A stretch of DNA of 64,000 nucleotides from Candidatus Eiseniibacteriota bacterium (GTDB lineage: Bacteria; Eisenbacteria; RBG-16-71-46), in NCBI GenBank assembly GCA_963725865.1, contig CAVSAC010000014.1, forward strand, positions 416,001 to 480,000. Direction: 5' to 3'. Position numbers and translations under genes: made by a program. Positions 1 to 9,324 of the stretch are shown one piece after another. The notes under the pieces are model-generated. The model had not been told where the DNA came from and did no database searches. It was given only the letters and a program-made list of their open reading frames with translations. Every line of letters starts with the position of its first letter. Position 1 is the first letter of the stretch.

Positions 1-1364
1 CGGAGCTGGTCCCGGTCGGCGTCGATCCCGGTATCGGCCGCCAGCACCTCGGCCTTGAGAGTCACCTGGCCGGCCTGGGCCATGGGATCCAGCAGCCGCC
101 GGCCCTCCTCGAGCAAGTCACCGAGGTCCACGCTCTGGCGGTTGAGTCGCATCTGCCCAGAATCGAAACGGTTCAGGTCGAGAACCGATTCGATCAGCCG
201 GGACAGCCGCTGGCTCTCTTCGTCGATGATGCCGAGGAACCGCCGGACCTGGGCGGGCGGCAGCTCGTTGTCCCCCGCCGACAGCAGGGTCTCGACGTAG
301 GCGCGGATCGCGGTGAGCGGGGTGCGCAGCTCGTGCGAGACGGTCGAGAGGAACGTGCCGCGCAACGCGTGCAGCTCGTGCATGCGCTTGCCCGAGCCCT
401 CGAGATCGCGGGTGTGTTGTTCGAGCTCGCCGTAGAGGCGGGCGTTCTCGATCGCGACGACCGCGTGGTGCCCGAACATCTCGATCACCTCGACCGTCTC
501 GCTGGAGGGCACCAGCCGGTCCACGGGATCGTCGAGCGAGAAGTACGCGACCAGCTGCCCCGCGCGATCGAACAGCGGCACCAGCAGCACGTCGTCCGGG
601 TGCCACTCCCAATCCTCCCGCGGGCCCAGGTCGCTGGTGACCCCGGCGGGCAGCTCGGCGTTGAACGGACTGGAGTGGCTTATGAAGTAGGAGCGCCCGA
701 CCTTGAATTCGTCCTTGAGCCACGAGAGGAACCGCTCGACGCCGATCTCCTCCGCGTCGAGCTTCGTGCGAGCCTCGGCATCGAGCCCGGCGAACGCGCG
801 CGCGCGCAGGCGTTCGGTGCCCGGCTCGCGCACGCGCAGCAGCGCGATGCGGAATCCGAGCGAGGACTGCAGCGTGTCGACCAGCCGCGTGAACAGCCGG
901 TCCTGGTCCAGCTCGGAGTTGATCTGGACGATATGCTGCAGCACCTCGTGGAGCTTCTGCGCGCGCTTGCGGTTCTCCTCGACCTGATTGAAGTAGAGGC
1001 GCGCGAGTCGCTGCCGCGTCTCGGTGAGGTCGTGCACCTGCTGGCGGAGCGCGTCCACCTCGGCGGGGCTGCCGTCCTCGGGGCCGCTCGCCAACGCGGC
1101 CGCCAGGTCGGCGGCGGCCTCGGCCACCGCGTCGTCGTGCGCGGCCGTCGCGGCGTCCTCGCGGGCGCTCACCGCCGCCTCGCGCGCCGTGACCGCGGCC
1201 GACCGGACCTCGGCCGCGCGGCCCACGGTCGGCGAATCGGGGGCGAGACCGTGCGCCTTCTTCAGCTTGCCCAGCTCGCGCCGGGTGCGATCCAGCTCCG
1301 AGCGCAGCCGGAGCTCCTCGGCCGACGGTCCGGTCCCGTGTCCCTTGCGGTTGGTGTTGCTCAT
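1..1364 (-). CDS. GAF-domain sensor histidine kinase (runs off the window edge)
   Basis: Translated by hand from the ATG at 1364, which overlaps the upstream stop (ATGA). Coiled N-terminus, GAF region ending AVVAIENARLY, H-box FLSTVSHELRTPLTAIRAY; no stop before position 1. Missing from the ORF track. Confidence 0.9.
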   Translation of the reverse strand, partial: MSNTNRKGHGTGPSAEELRLRSELDRTRRELGKLKKAHGLAPDSPTVGRAAEVRSAAVTAREAAVSAREDAATAAHDDAVAEAAADLAAALASGPEDGSPAEVDALRQQVHDLTETRQRLARLYFNQVEENRKRAQKLHEVLQHIVQINSELDQDRLFTRLVDTLQSSLGFRIALLRVREPGTERLRARAFAGLDAEARTKLDAEEIGVERFLSWLKDEFKVGRSYFISHSSPFNAELPAGVTSDLGPREDWEWHPDDVLLVPLFDRAGQLVAYFSLDDPVDRLVPSSETVEVIEMFGHHAVVAIENARLYGELEQHTRDLEGSGKRMHELHALRGTFLSTVSHELRTPLTAIRAYVETLLSAGDNELPPAQVRRFLGIIDEESQRLSRLIESVLDLNRFDSGQMRLNRQSVDLGDLLEEGRRLLDPMAQAGQVTLKAEVLAADTGIDADRDQL

Positions 1365-3673
1365 GCGACGTCCTCGCGCTCCAGCACGCGCAGGAACGCC
1401 GCCACCACCTCGGGGTCGAACTGGCTGCCGGCCGAGCGGTCCATCTCGGCGCGCGCGGGCTCGCGCTGCAGCGACGGCCGCCACGGGCGGCCGCGCGTCA
1501 TGCTCTCCCAGGCATCCACGACCGCGAGCACGCGCGCGCCCATCGGGATCTCGGCGCCCGCCAGGCCGCGCGGGTAGCCGGACCCGTCCCAGCGCTCGTG
1601 GTGTCCAAGGATGATCTCGCGCACCGAGCCGAGGTACTCAAGCGGGCGCAGGATCTCCACGCTCACCTCGGGGTGGTGGAGCACCGCCTCGCGGTCCGCC
1701 TCGTCCAGCGGCGCGCTGCTGCGCACCGCCGCCGGTAGCCGCGTCATGCCGACGTCGTGGATGCTCATCGCGTAGCCCACCACGTCGATGTCGGCCGGGC
1801 CGAGTCCCAGCTCGCGCGCCAGCTCGCGCGCCATCCGCACGGCGTGGTGGCCGCCCAGCATGTGCTCGCGGCGCAGCCGGGTCACCGAGCGCACCATCTC
1901 GAGCGCCTCCTCGACCACGCGCCCCGACCCGGGGTGGGCGCAGGCGCGCTCGAGCGCGCTGCCGATGCGATCCACCAGCGCGGTGAGGACCCCGAGATCG
2001 GCGTCGTCGAACGAGGCGCCGTCGCGCTTGTTGTTCACGTTGATCACGCCCAGCACCTCGTTGTCCACGCGCATGGGGACGCACAGCAGCGACTTGGTGT
2101 GGTACTGGGGATGGTTGAGCCGGCGGAAGCGCCGGTCGGTCTCGATGTTGTCGACCAGCAGCGGGCGGCCCCACGCGGCGACGGCGCCCGCCACGCCGGA
2201 GCGGACCGGCGTGCGGCGGCCCTTCAACTGCGCGGTGTCCAGTCCCCGCGCCGCCGCGACGAACAGATCGCCGCGCTCGGGGTCCACCAGCATGAGCGAG
2301 GAGATCTCGGCGTCCATCGCGACCGAGACCATCTCCACGGTGTGATCGAGCAGCGCGCGCAGGTCCTTGCGCGCCAGCACCAGCCGCGCGACGCGGCGCG
2401 CCTGGGCCGAGGCGAGCTGCCGCAGCGGCAGCGAGAACTGGAAGCGGGCGCCCCGCGGCGTGCGGTTCTCGACCCCGATCGTGCCGCCGTGCAGCTCCAC
2501 GATGCCGCGCGCGATCGGCAGGCCGAGCCCGGTCCCCTCGGGCGACTCGCCCTCGCTCGCCGCGCGGGCGCGGTAGAAGCGCTCGAACACGTGCGGGATG
2601 TCGTCGGGCGCGATCCCGGGGCCCCCGTCCTCGACCGCGCCGATCCAGACGTCGCCCTGGGACTGCGCGACCAGCCGCACCGGGGAACCGTACGGCGCGT
2701 GCTTGATCGCGTTGGTGAGCAGATTGATGAGCAGGCGGCGCAGCAGATCGGGATCGGCCTCGGGCTGCAGGTCACCCTCCACCTCGACCTCGAACGTCGC
2801 GTGGCGAGCCTTGGCCACCGGCTGGAGGCCCTCGATGGTCTCGTTCACGAGCTCCGCGAGCGAGAAGCGCGCGAGCCGCAGCGGGCGCTGCCCGGCCTCG
2901 AGTCGCGAAAGATCGAGGATGTCGGTCACGAGCCGCCCGAGGCGGTCGCACTCATCGTTGATGATGCCGAGGAAGCGCTGTCGCGGCGCTTGCGCGTTGT
3001 GCAGGTTGTCGAGCATCGCCTCGGTGTACGCCTTGATCGCGGTCAGCGGCGTGCGGATCTCGTGCGCGACCACCGACATCAGGCTCGAGGAGGTCTCCTC
3101 GCTGCCCGCGAGGCGGTGCTGCAGCTCCGCGGCACGCCGGCGCTCGTCCTCGATCTGGCGCTCGAGCTCGCCGCGCGCGAGCGCCAGCGCGAGCCCGTCG
3201 CCGATCATCTGCAGCATCAGGCGCTCGTCGGGGATCAGCCGTCGCGGGGCCTCGAAATCCACCAGCAGGAACCCGTGGATCGTGCCGCCCAGCGCGAGCG
3301 GCACCGCGGCGATCGCTGCCGGGGGGGACCCCCACAGGCCGTTCTCGCGCGGCTGCGCGGGATCCTCGCCCTCGTCGAACACCGCGCGGCCCTCGCGCAG
3401 CACCCGCTCGAGCGGGCCACCGGGCTCCGCCAGCCAGGGCATCGTCACGCCCGCGGCGTCGGTCGCGCGCATCGAGCCGCTGCGCGGGTCGAGCCTCACG
3501 ACGCGATGATCCGACGCGTCGAGCGCGCGGACGACACAGCTGCCGGCGATCGCGCACGCGGTCTCGAGGTCGGCGGTCGAGCGCAGCGCCAGCAGCGCCT
3601 CGGCGAGCGGCGCGAGCACGGGCGAGCCGGGGCCCGGAGAGCCGTTCATCGGACGCAACAGATCGGTCGCCAT
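1361..3673 (-). CDS. GAF-HisKA-HATPase-GAF-HD-GYP hybrid protein
   Basis: H-box VAHEIRTPLTAI, N-box NLLTNAIKH, G-boxes DGGPGI and GTGLGL, second GAF (SLLCVPMRVDNEVLGVINVNNK), HD-GYP motifs HDVGM, HHERWDGSGYP, AVVDAWESM and QFDP. Confidence 0.92.
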   Translation of the reverse strand: MATDLLRPMNGSPGPGSPVLAPLAEALLALRSTADLETACAIAGSCVVRALDASDHRVVRLDPRSGSMRATDAAGVTMPWLAEPGGPLERVLREGRAVFDEGEDPAQPRENGLWGSPPAAIAAVPLALGGTIHGFLLVDFEAPRRLIPDERLMLQMIGDGLALALARGELERQIEDERRRAAELQHRLAGSEETSSSLMSVVAHEIRTPLTAIKAYTEAMLDNLHNAQAPRQRFLGIINDECDRLGRLVTDILDLSRLEAGQRPLRLARFSLAELVNETIEGLQPVAKARHATFEVEVEGDLQPEADPDLLRRLLINLLTNAIKHAPYGSPVRLVAQSQGDVWIGAVEDGGPGIAPDDIPHVFERFYRARAASEGESPEGTGLGLPIARGIVELHGGTIGVENRTPRGARFQFSLPLRQLASAQARRVARLVLARKDLRALLDHTVEMVSVAMDAEISSLMLVDPERGDLFVAAARGLDTAQLKGRRTPVRSGVAGAVAAWGRPLLVDNIETDRRFRRLNHPQYHTKSLLCVPMRVDNEVLGVINVNNKRDGASFDDADLGVLTALVDRIGSALERACAHPGSGRVVEEALEMVRSVTRLRREHMLGGHHAVRMARELARELGLGPADIDVVGYAMSIHDVGMTRLPAAVRSSAPLDEADREAVLHHPEVSVEILRPLEYLGSVREIILGHHERWDGSGYPRGLAGAEIPMGARVLAVVDAWESMTRGRPWRPSLQREPARAEMDRSAGSQFDPEVVAAFLRVLEREDVA

Positions 3674-3686
3674 CGCTCGCTCCGCG

Positions 3687-4652
3687 TCAGGCCACGTCGC
3701 GTTCGCTGCCCGGCGCCGTGTCGCTGCGGCGCCGTTCGCCGACCAGCACGCTGCCGGGGATGCCCTTGCCGTGCTCCTTCAGCTCCTGGGCCACGTCGAT
3801 GAGCTGCGCGAGGTGCGTGACCGGCATCCGATCGGTGCTCACCATCGCAATCGTCACGCTCATGAGCGGGAATCGCTCCGGCACGTGGAGGCGATTGCGC
3901 ACCTCGATGTGCCCGCGGGCCACGTCCGCCTCGTCGTAGAGGGCCGGCACCGCCTCGGTGAACTGGGCGATGATCTCGTGGCCGATCGGCTCGGCGTGCT
4001 CCGGAGACGTCAGCAGCACGAAGTCGTCGCCGCCGATGTGCCCCACGAATCCGCCCGCGCCGCCGAGCCGCGCGGAGACCTCGACCAGGATCGCCGCGAG
4101 GCGCTGAATGGCCTCGTCTCCGCGCGCGTAGCCGTAGTGGTCGTTGAACGCCTTGAAGAAGTCGATGTCGACCTGGAGCATCGCGAACGGCAGCCCGCTC
4201 GCGAGGCGGAGCTGGATCTCGTCGTGGATCGAGATGTTGCCCGGCAGCCCGGTGAGCGGGCTCATCGCGCGCTGCTGGCGGCTCCACTCCAGCATGTTGC
4301 GGATGCGCAGCAGCAGCTCGCGGTGCTCCCACGGCTTGGTCACGTAGTCGTTGGCGCCATCCGCGAGCCCCGAGACCTTGTCGGCGACCTCGGACTTCGC
4401 GGTGAGCATGATGATCGGGAGCGTGCGGGTCTCGAACGCGGCGCGCAGCCGGCGACACACCTCGTAGCCGTCGAGCCGGGGCATCATCACGTCGAGCAGC
4501 ATCAGATCGGGGCGGTACGACAGCGCGTACTCGAGGGCCTGCTGTCCGTCGCGGGCTTCGATCACGTCGAAGCCGGCGCCCTCCAGCTGGAAGCGAAGCA
4601 CCTCTCGGAGGTGGGGCTCATCCTCGGCGATGAGGATCCGGGTCGTGTTCAC
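3687..4652 (-). CDS. Response regulator-diguanylate cyclase (REC + GGDEF domain, GGDDF variant)
   Basis: REC motifs ILIAEDE, LLDVMMP, DYVTKP; GGDEF-domain motifs LTGLPGN, DIDFFKAFNDHYGY, HIGGDDF. GTG start at 4652 chosen from an upstream AGGAG. Confidence 0.9.
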   Translation of the reverse strand: MNTTRILIAEDEPHLREVLRFQLEGAGFDVIEARDGQQALEYALSYRPDLMLLDVMMPRLDGYEVCRRLRAAFETRTLPIIMLTAKSEVADKVSGLADGANDYVTKPWEHRELLLRIRNMLEWSRQQRAMSPLTGLPGNISIHDEIQLRLASGLPFAMLQVDIDFFKAFNDHYGYARGDEAIQRLAAILVEVSARLGGAGGFVGHIGGDDFVLLTSPEHAEPIGHEIIAQFTEAVPALYDEADVARGHIEVRNRLHVPERFPLMSVTIAMVSTDRMPVTHLAQLIDVAQELKEHGKGIPGSVLVGERRRSDTAPGSERDVA

Positions 4653-4867
4653 GCCGTCGTGGCTCCTGTGGAGTCGCATCGTTGAGTTCGGAACACAGAT
4701 CAGCCGTGGACACCTCGGAGGCCGCGACCCGCTGGACTCCGACCGCCCGAGCGTCGCGAGGACGCGCGAGCACCACGCGACGGGCCGTGGAGGGAGCACG
4801 CCGCGTGTCCGGCCGGGATCCGGGGCGGGAAGTGACTGCCCCGTGTACCCCTAGGCTTTCCCCTGAC

Positions 4868-4895
4868 TTATCGGCGCAGGGCGGGGGTTACTTGA
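4868..4895 (-). promoter_or_regulatory. sigma28 (FliA/WhiG-type) promoter
   Basis: Minus strand reads TCAAG-N15-GCCGATAA, matching the TAAA-N15-GCCGATAA class consensus, and points into the c-di-GMP operon. Confidence 0.75.
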
Positions 4896-5084
4896 CCGTC
4901 GTCTGGGGCGCGAGCCAATGGGGAAGGCGGAGTCCGGCCCGACTGGACCGGGCCGCAGGCACGGCCACGGACCTCGCGAGTCGCGTGCATCTGAACACCT
5001 GCCGGCCCGCACTGGGCGGGCATCAGCGCCCTGCGGAGGGCGCCGGCGGCGCGTGGCGAGCGGTGGTCCCGGGCCCGGACCGCG

Positions 5085-6125
5085 TCAATCGCCGCGCATC
5101 GCGAGGCCCGACTCCTCGAGGGCCGCGACCGCGTCCAGCTCGGGCTCGGCCACATCGCCGCGCTCGAGCATCCAGGCGCCGAGCTGGGCGATCATCGCCG
5201 CGTTGTCCGCGCACAGCCGCAGGGACGGCACGCGCAGCACCACGCCGGCGCGACCGCAGGTCTCGGCCAGGCGCGAGCGCAGCGCGCGGTTCGCGGCGAC
5301 ACCGCCGCCGAGGTTGAGCGCGCGCGCGCCGACCGCCGCCACCGCGCCCATGGTGCGCGCGACGAGCGTGTCGACCACCGCGGCCTGGAACGAGGCCGCC
5401 ACGTCGGCGACCAGCGCGGCGGGCCAGGGACCGGGCCCCCGCGCCGCGAGCGCCTGCACGACGGCGGTCTTGAGCCCCGAGAACGAGAAGTCGAATCCCG
5501 GCCGGTCGAGCATCGGACGCGGGAACGCGAACGCGGTCGGATCGCCGGACGTGCTGAGGCGATCGAGCACGGGGCCGCCGGGGAAGCCGAGGCCGAGCAG
5601 CTTGGCGACCTTGTCGTACGCCTCGCCCGCCGCATCATCGCGGGTGCTCCCCATCCAGCGGTACTCGCCGACGCCCCGGACTTCGACCAACTCGGTGTGC
5701 CCGCCCGAGACCACCAGCGCGACCGCGGGATACGGCGAGGGCCCGTGCTCCAGCGTGCCCGCATGCAGGTGCGCCTCGATGTGGTTGACCCCCACCACCG
5801 GGATGCCGAGGGCCAGGCCATAGGCCTTCGCGAACGCCACCCCGACCACCAGCGAGCCGATCAGGCCCGGCGCCCGGGTGACCGCGATCGCGGTGAGCGC
5901 GCGCGGCTCCACCTCGGCCTCCGCGAGCGCCTCGCGCACCAGCCGCGGGAGGTGCTCGAGGTGCGCGCGCGAGGCGAGCTCGGGCACCACGCCGCCGTAG
6001 AGCCGATGCACGTCCTGCGCGGCGATCAGGTGGGCGCGCAGCCGGGTGCCGCGTTCGAGCACCGCGACGCTGGTGTCGTCACAGGAGCTCTCGATGCCGA
6101 GCACCAGATCGGTGGCGTGGCTCAT
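5085..6125 (-). CDS. tsaD: tRNA t6A threonylcarbamoyltransferase TsaD
   Basis: LGIESSCDDTS, GGVVPELASRAH, HIEAH, VSGGHT, DDAAGEAYDK, FSFSGLKT, DNAAMI. Confidence 0.97.
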   Translation of the reverse strand: MSHATDLVLGIESSCDDTSVAVLERGTRLRAHLIAAQDVHRLYGGVVPELASRAHLEHLPRLVREALAEAEVEPRALTAIAVTRAPGLIGSLVVGVAFAKAYGLALGIPVVGVNHIEAHLHAGTLEHGPSPYPAVALVVSGGHTELVEVRGVGEYRWMGSTRDDAAGEAYDKVAKLLGLGFPGGPVLDRLSTSGDPTAFAFPRPMLDRPGFDFSFSGLKTAVVQALAARGPGPWPAALVADVAASFQAAVVDTLVARTMGAVAAVGARALNLGGGVAANRALRSRLAETCGRAGVVLRVPSLRLCADNAAMIAQLGAWMLERGDVAEPELDAVAALEESGLAMRGD

Positions 6126-6222
6126 GGCGGACCAGCGGACTCCTTCCCATGGCCGCCCGCGAGGGCGCGGGCCGCGATCGACCGCGGCCGGCGCGGAACG
6201 CTTCGCGGAGCGGAGTCGGGCC

Positions 6223-6564
6223 TCAGCGCGACGGCGGGCCCGGCTCGGGTTCCAGCGCCGACTCGAGCCAGGCCAGGTACTTCGGCGCACCGGCCGCGAT
6301 GCGGACGGCGACGCATTCCGGAACGTCGTACGGATGCAGCTCGTGAAGGCGCGACATCAGCGCCGTCCAGTCCTGCTTGCGCGTCTTCAGCAGCACGGTG
6401 ACCTCGCGTGCGTCCGCGATGCTGCCCTCCCAGCGATAGAGCGACCGCGCGCCCGGCAGCAGCGTGCCGCACGCGGCGAGCCGCTCCTCGACCAGCACGC
6501 GCACGACGCGCGCGGCGTCGTCCTCGGTGGCGAACGTGGTGAACACCATCAGCATCTCGGTCAT
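6223..6564 (-). CDS. cutA: Divalent-cation tolerance protein CutA
   Basis: LVEERLAAC, SLYRWEG, LLKT, HPYDVPE, YLAWL. Confidence 0.95.
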   Translation of the reverse strand: MTEMLMVFTTFATEDDAARVVRVLVEERLAACGTLLPGARSLYRWEGSIADAREVTVLLKTRKQDWTALMSRLHELHPYDVPECVAVRIAAGAPKYLAWLESALEPEPGPPSR

Positions 6565-6679
6565 CGCGCTCCTCCGGCGGGACGGGCGGCCAGTCTAGCA
6601 TCGCGCGCCCGCGGGGCGGTCGCCCGTGGCCGCCGCGCGCGCGCGGCCTCGCGATGCGGCGCTCGCGGGCACGCGGCGT

Positions 6680-7507
6680 TCAACGCACCCCCACGACCAC
6701 CGCCAGCCAGCCCGCCTGCTGCTCGAAGCGCGTGCGCCGCCGATAGACCTGGTCGGGCTCGTCGCGCTGCTCGTTCCAGCCCTCGACGTACACCTGCACG
6801 TCGGCGAATCCGGCCTCGCGCATGGCATCGCGGACCTCGGGCAGCGTCCACATCCGCCAGTCGTAGGTGTAGGCGCGCTCGATCGAGCGGCCGTCGCGCA
6901 GGCGGAAGTGGATGTGGCAGAGCAGCCGGTGGTCGATCGGGTTGAACGCGACCTGGTCCCACACGTACGTGAATGGCGGCACCCGCTCGCCGTCCGGCCC
7001 CTGCGAGCCGGCGATACGGCGCGTCTCGACCAGCGGGCCCATGGCGTCGCTGCCGCCGAACGCGTTCGCGAACATCAGCCCGCCCGGGGCCAGCGTACGC
7101 CGCGCGGCGCGCAGGTAGTCGATCAGCGCGGCGCGCTCGTGGAACACCCACCACGAGAAGTTCATCGCGCAGATCACGTCCACCCGGGGCACCCGCGCGT
7201 GTCGCACGTCGGCGCGCACCAGCGTGACGCGGCGGCCCGCCTCGCGCATGCGCGCGAGATGGTGCGCGCGCGACCACGCCAGCGTCTCCGCGTCGAGGTC
7301 CACCCCCCACGCGCGGTGCGAGCGGTCGCGCAGGGCCCACGCGCAGGCCAGCGCGGCGGTGCCGCAGAAGTCCTCGCGGAAGCGCGTGAACGCGCGGCCG
7401 CGCAGGCGGCGGTAGACGCGCGCGAAGAAGTCGAGGTCGTACTCCACGCCCTGGACGGCGGCCTCGTAGAGCACGTGGCGGTCGGGCAGCGGAACGTGCT
7501 TCGGCAT
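6680..7507 (-). CDS. Class I SAM-dependent methyltransferase, substrate unknown
   Basis: LYEAAVQ, motif-I-like REDFCGTA, GVDLD, RADV, CAMNFSW, LAPGG. Confidence 0.8.
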   Translation of the reverse strand: MPKHVPLPDRHVLYEAAVQGVEYDLDFFARVYRRLRGRAFTRFREDFCGTAALACAWALRDRSHRAWGVDLDAETLAWSRAHHLARMREAGRRVTLVRADVRHARVPRVDVICAMNFSWWVFHERAALIDYLRAARRTLAPGGLMFANAFGGSDAMGPLVETRRIAGSQGPDGERVPPFTYVWDQVAFNPIDHRLLCHIHFRLRDGRSIERAYTYDWRMWTLPEVRDAMREAGFADVQVYVEGWNEQRDEPDQVYRRRTRFEQQAGWLAVVVGVR

Positions 7508-7671
7508 GGGGTGGTGACTCCGGGTGGGGCGCGAGGGTCGAGCGCGCACCGTACACCGCCGCCCGGGACCGGAAAAGTACACGCCGCGGGTCGTGAGCCC
7601 GCGGCGTGTCCCCGTGGTCGGATGAGTACTGCGTGGCGCGGCGCCCACGCGGGGCGCCGCACGCGGAGGCC

Positions 7672-7911
7672 TTACTTGCCGGCCGCGGGCTTCTGCTCCT
7701 CCATTTTGGCGTCACCGGTCTTCTTGGCGCGCTTGGCGTGCTTCTTCGTGGTCTTGTGCTTCGCATCCGACTTGACCGGCGCCGACTGGGCCGGGGCGGA
7801 CGACGGTGACGCCGGCGCCGGCGCCGGCGTGCCCTGCGCGTAAGCGAAGAGCGGCAGCGCGAACGCCATCACGACGGCGACGAGGACGGCGAGCGACAGA
7901 CGGGACTTCAT
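7672..7911 (-). CDS. Small secreted Lys/His/Pro-rich protein (Asr-like composition)
   Basis: Strong RBS (AGGAGG), signal peptide MKSRLSLAVLVAVVMAFALPLFAYA, basic tail KHKTTKKHAKRAKK. Confidence 0.8.
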   Translation of the reverse strand: MKSRLSLAVLVAVVMAFALPLFAYAQGTPAPAPASPSSAPAQSAPVKSDAKHKTTKKHAKRAKKTGDAKMEEQKPAAGK

Positions 7912-8006
7912 GGTGATCCTCCTGGTGTCCCGAGGGCAGTGGTGGTCGGAGCCGTCCTGCCCTCCGCGACGGGCGGCTCCCGGTGAACAGCGGTGCTGCG
8001 GATCGA

Positions 8007-8450
8007 TTACTTCTGCTTCGCGATCACGTACGGCGCGAGCTTGGCGTACATCGCCCGGTTCACGATCCCCTTGGTCAGCAGCTCGTTCTTCGCCTTGAAC
8101 GGACGGCCGGCGATGATCTTGCTCACCGTCGCCTCGCCGATGCCGGGGATCTTCATGAGCTCGTCCTTGGTGGCGGTGTTGAGGTCCACCTTCATCGACT
8201 GAGTGACCGCGCTCGGCGGCGTGGTGGTCTTGCCCGGCGTGGCTGCCTTCGTCGCGGGTGTGGCGGCCGCGACCTTGGCCGCCGGCGCGGCGGGGGCCGC
8301 AGCCATCGGCTTCGCCGCGGGAGTCGCGGCGGCGGCGGCGGCCGGCTTGGCGGCTGCCTTGCTCGGCGCGGTGACGGTCGAAGCGAACACCGGACTCGCG
8401 GCGACGACCAGCGCCAGCGCGAGCGCAGTGAGGGACGTGGAACGCTTCAT
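8007..8450 (-). CDS. Secreted ComEA-like helix-hairpin-helix DNA-binding protein
   Basis: Signal peptide, Ala/Pro/Lys linker, VDLNTATKDELMKIPGIGEATVSKIIAGRPF; RBS GGAGG. Confidence 0.88.
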   Translation of the reverse strand: MKRSTSLTALALALVVAASPVFASTVTAPSKAAAKPAAAAAATPAAKPMAAAPAAPAAKVAAATPATKAATPGKTTTPPSAVTQSMKVDLNTATKDELMKIPGIGEATVSKIIAGRPFKAKNELLTKGIVNRAMYAKLAPYVIAKQK

Positions 8451-9172
8451 CGAGAACCTCCGAACGGGGGCTCGAGTGGGTTCGCCGCCGCGCCCCCGCG
8501 GCGGACGGCGAGGGTGCGGCCAGGCCACACCCGGGAAGCGGCCGCCCGCCGATGGCCGCGCGGACGCGGCGAGGCGGAGCGGACAACGGAGCGGCGCGCG
8601 CGTCGGAACGCGGGCGGCGCGGAGTGCATGTGCGGAAGCGGGATGGAACCAGGGTCCGGGACCGGACCGGAGGCGCGCGCCGAGGGAACACGGGCGCACG
8701 CGAAGGAACGCAGGGCGAAGGTCGCGTGGGGGCTCGCGCGCGGGGGACCCCGGCCCGCCTCACGCAACTGGCTCGGATCGTGATTGCTCAGGTGCAGGTC
8801 GGTCAGCAGCATTCCGGGACCCGCCGCTGCCCGCGGGAGCGCGACCGAGGGCAGCACCGCGTAGCGCGCGCCATCGCGCGGCGTGCGGTGATGAATGCGG
8901 GTGCCGGCCGGGGTGGTCGCGTGGCGGCGCGGCGCCGGGCGTGCCGGCGCGGGCGCGGCGGGCACGCGAGTCGCGCCAGCGGTCGTGTGCAACTGGCTGC
9001 GAGCGTGCGCATGATGCGCGTGGTGGAGATGCGAACGAGGCTGCCCGGAGGTGTAGCGGGTGGACTGCGCCGCCGCGACGGGGTGCGGGACTCGCGCGCT
9101 CGCGCCGGCGCCACTCGCATGGACGGCGAGGGCCAGGACCGCGATGATGATCAGGCGCGCGACGCTTCGCAT
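8447..9172 (-). CDS. Signal-peptide, His-rich low-complexity leader ORF with internal RGPP motif
   Basis: GAGG RBS, signal peptide MRSVARLIIIAVLALAVHASG, HLHHAHHAH, GRGPPRASP at residues ~140-148; its stop overlaps the next ATG (ATGA). Confidence 0.55.
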   Translation of the reverse strand: MRSVARLIIIAVLALAVHASGAGASARVPHPVAAAQSTRYTSGQPRSHLHHAHHAHARSQLHTTAGATRVPAAPAPARPAPRRHATTPAGTRIHHRTPRDGARYAVLPSVALPRAAAGPGMLLTDLHLSNHDPSQLREAGRGPPRASPHATFALRSFACARVPSARASGPVPDPGSIPLPHMHSAPPAFRRARRSVVRSASPRPRGHRRAAASRVWPGRTLAVRRGGAAANPLEPPFGGSR

Positions 9173-9324
9173 GAGACCTCTCGAGTGGGCGCGCATCCAC
9201 ATGCTGCGTGCGACGCACCACGAACCGCTTCGAGACTCCGATGACACGGGCAATTTCGATGAACCCGCGCGGCCGCCGGTGCGCGACTATGGCACCGCCT
9301 CCGCGGGTGGGAAGTGAAATCTCT

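Noticed and set aside
333..3802. Long plus-strand ORFs (414 aa, 681 aa) and similar antisense ORFs across the window
   Set aside because: Shadow frames opposite genes with clear motifs; expected at this GC content.
4900..5080. GC-rich hairpins upstream of the c-di-GMP operon as a possible riboswitch or ncRNA
   Set aside because: No GEMM, SRP or other family core recognised; needs an Infernal/Rfam scan.
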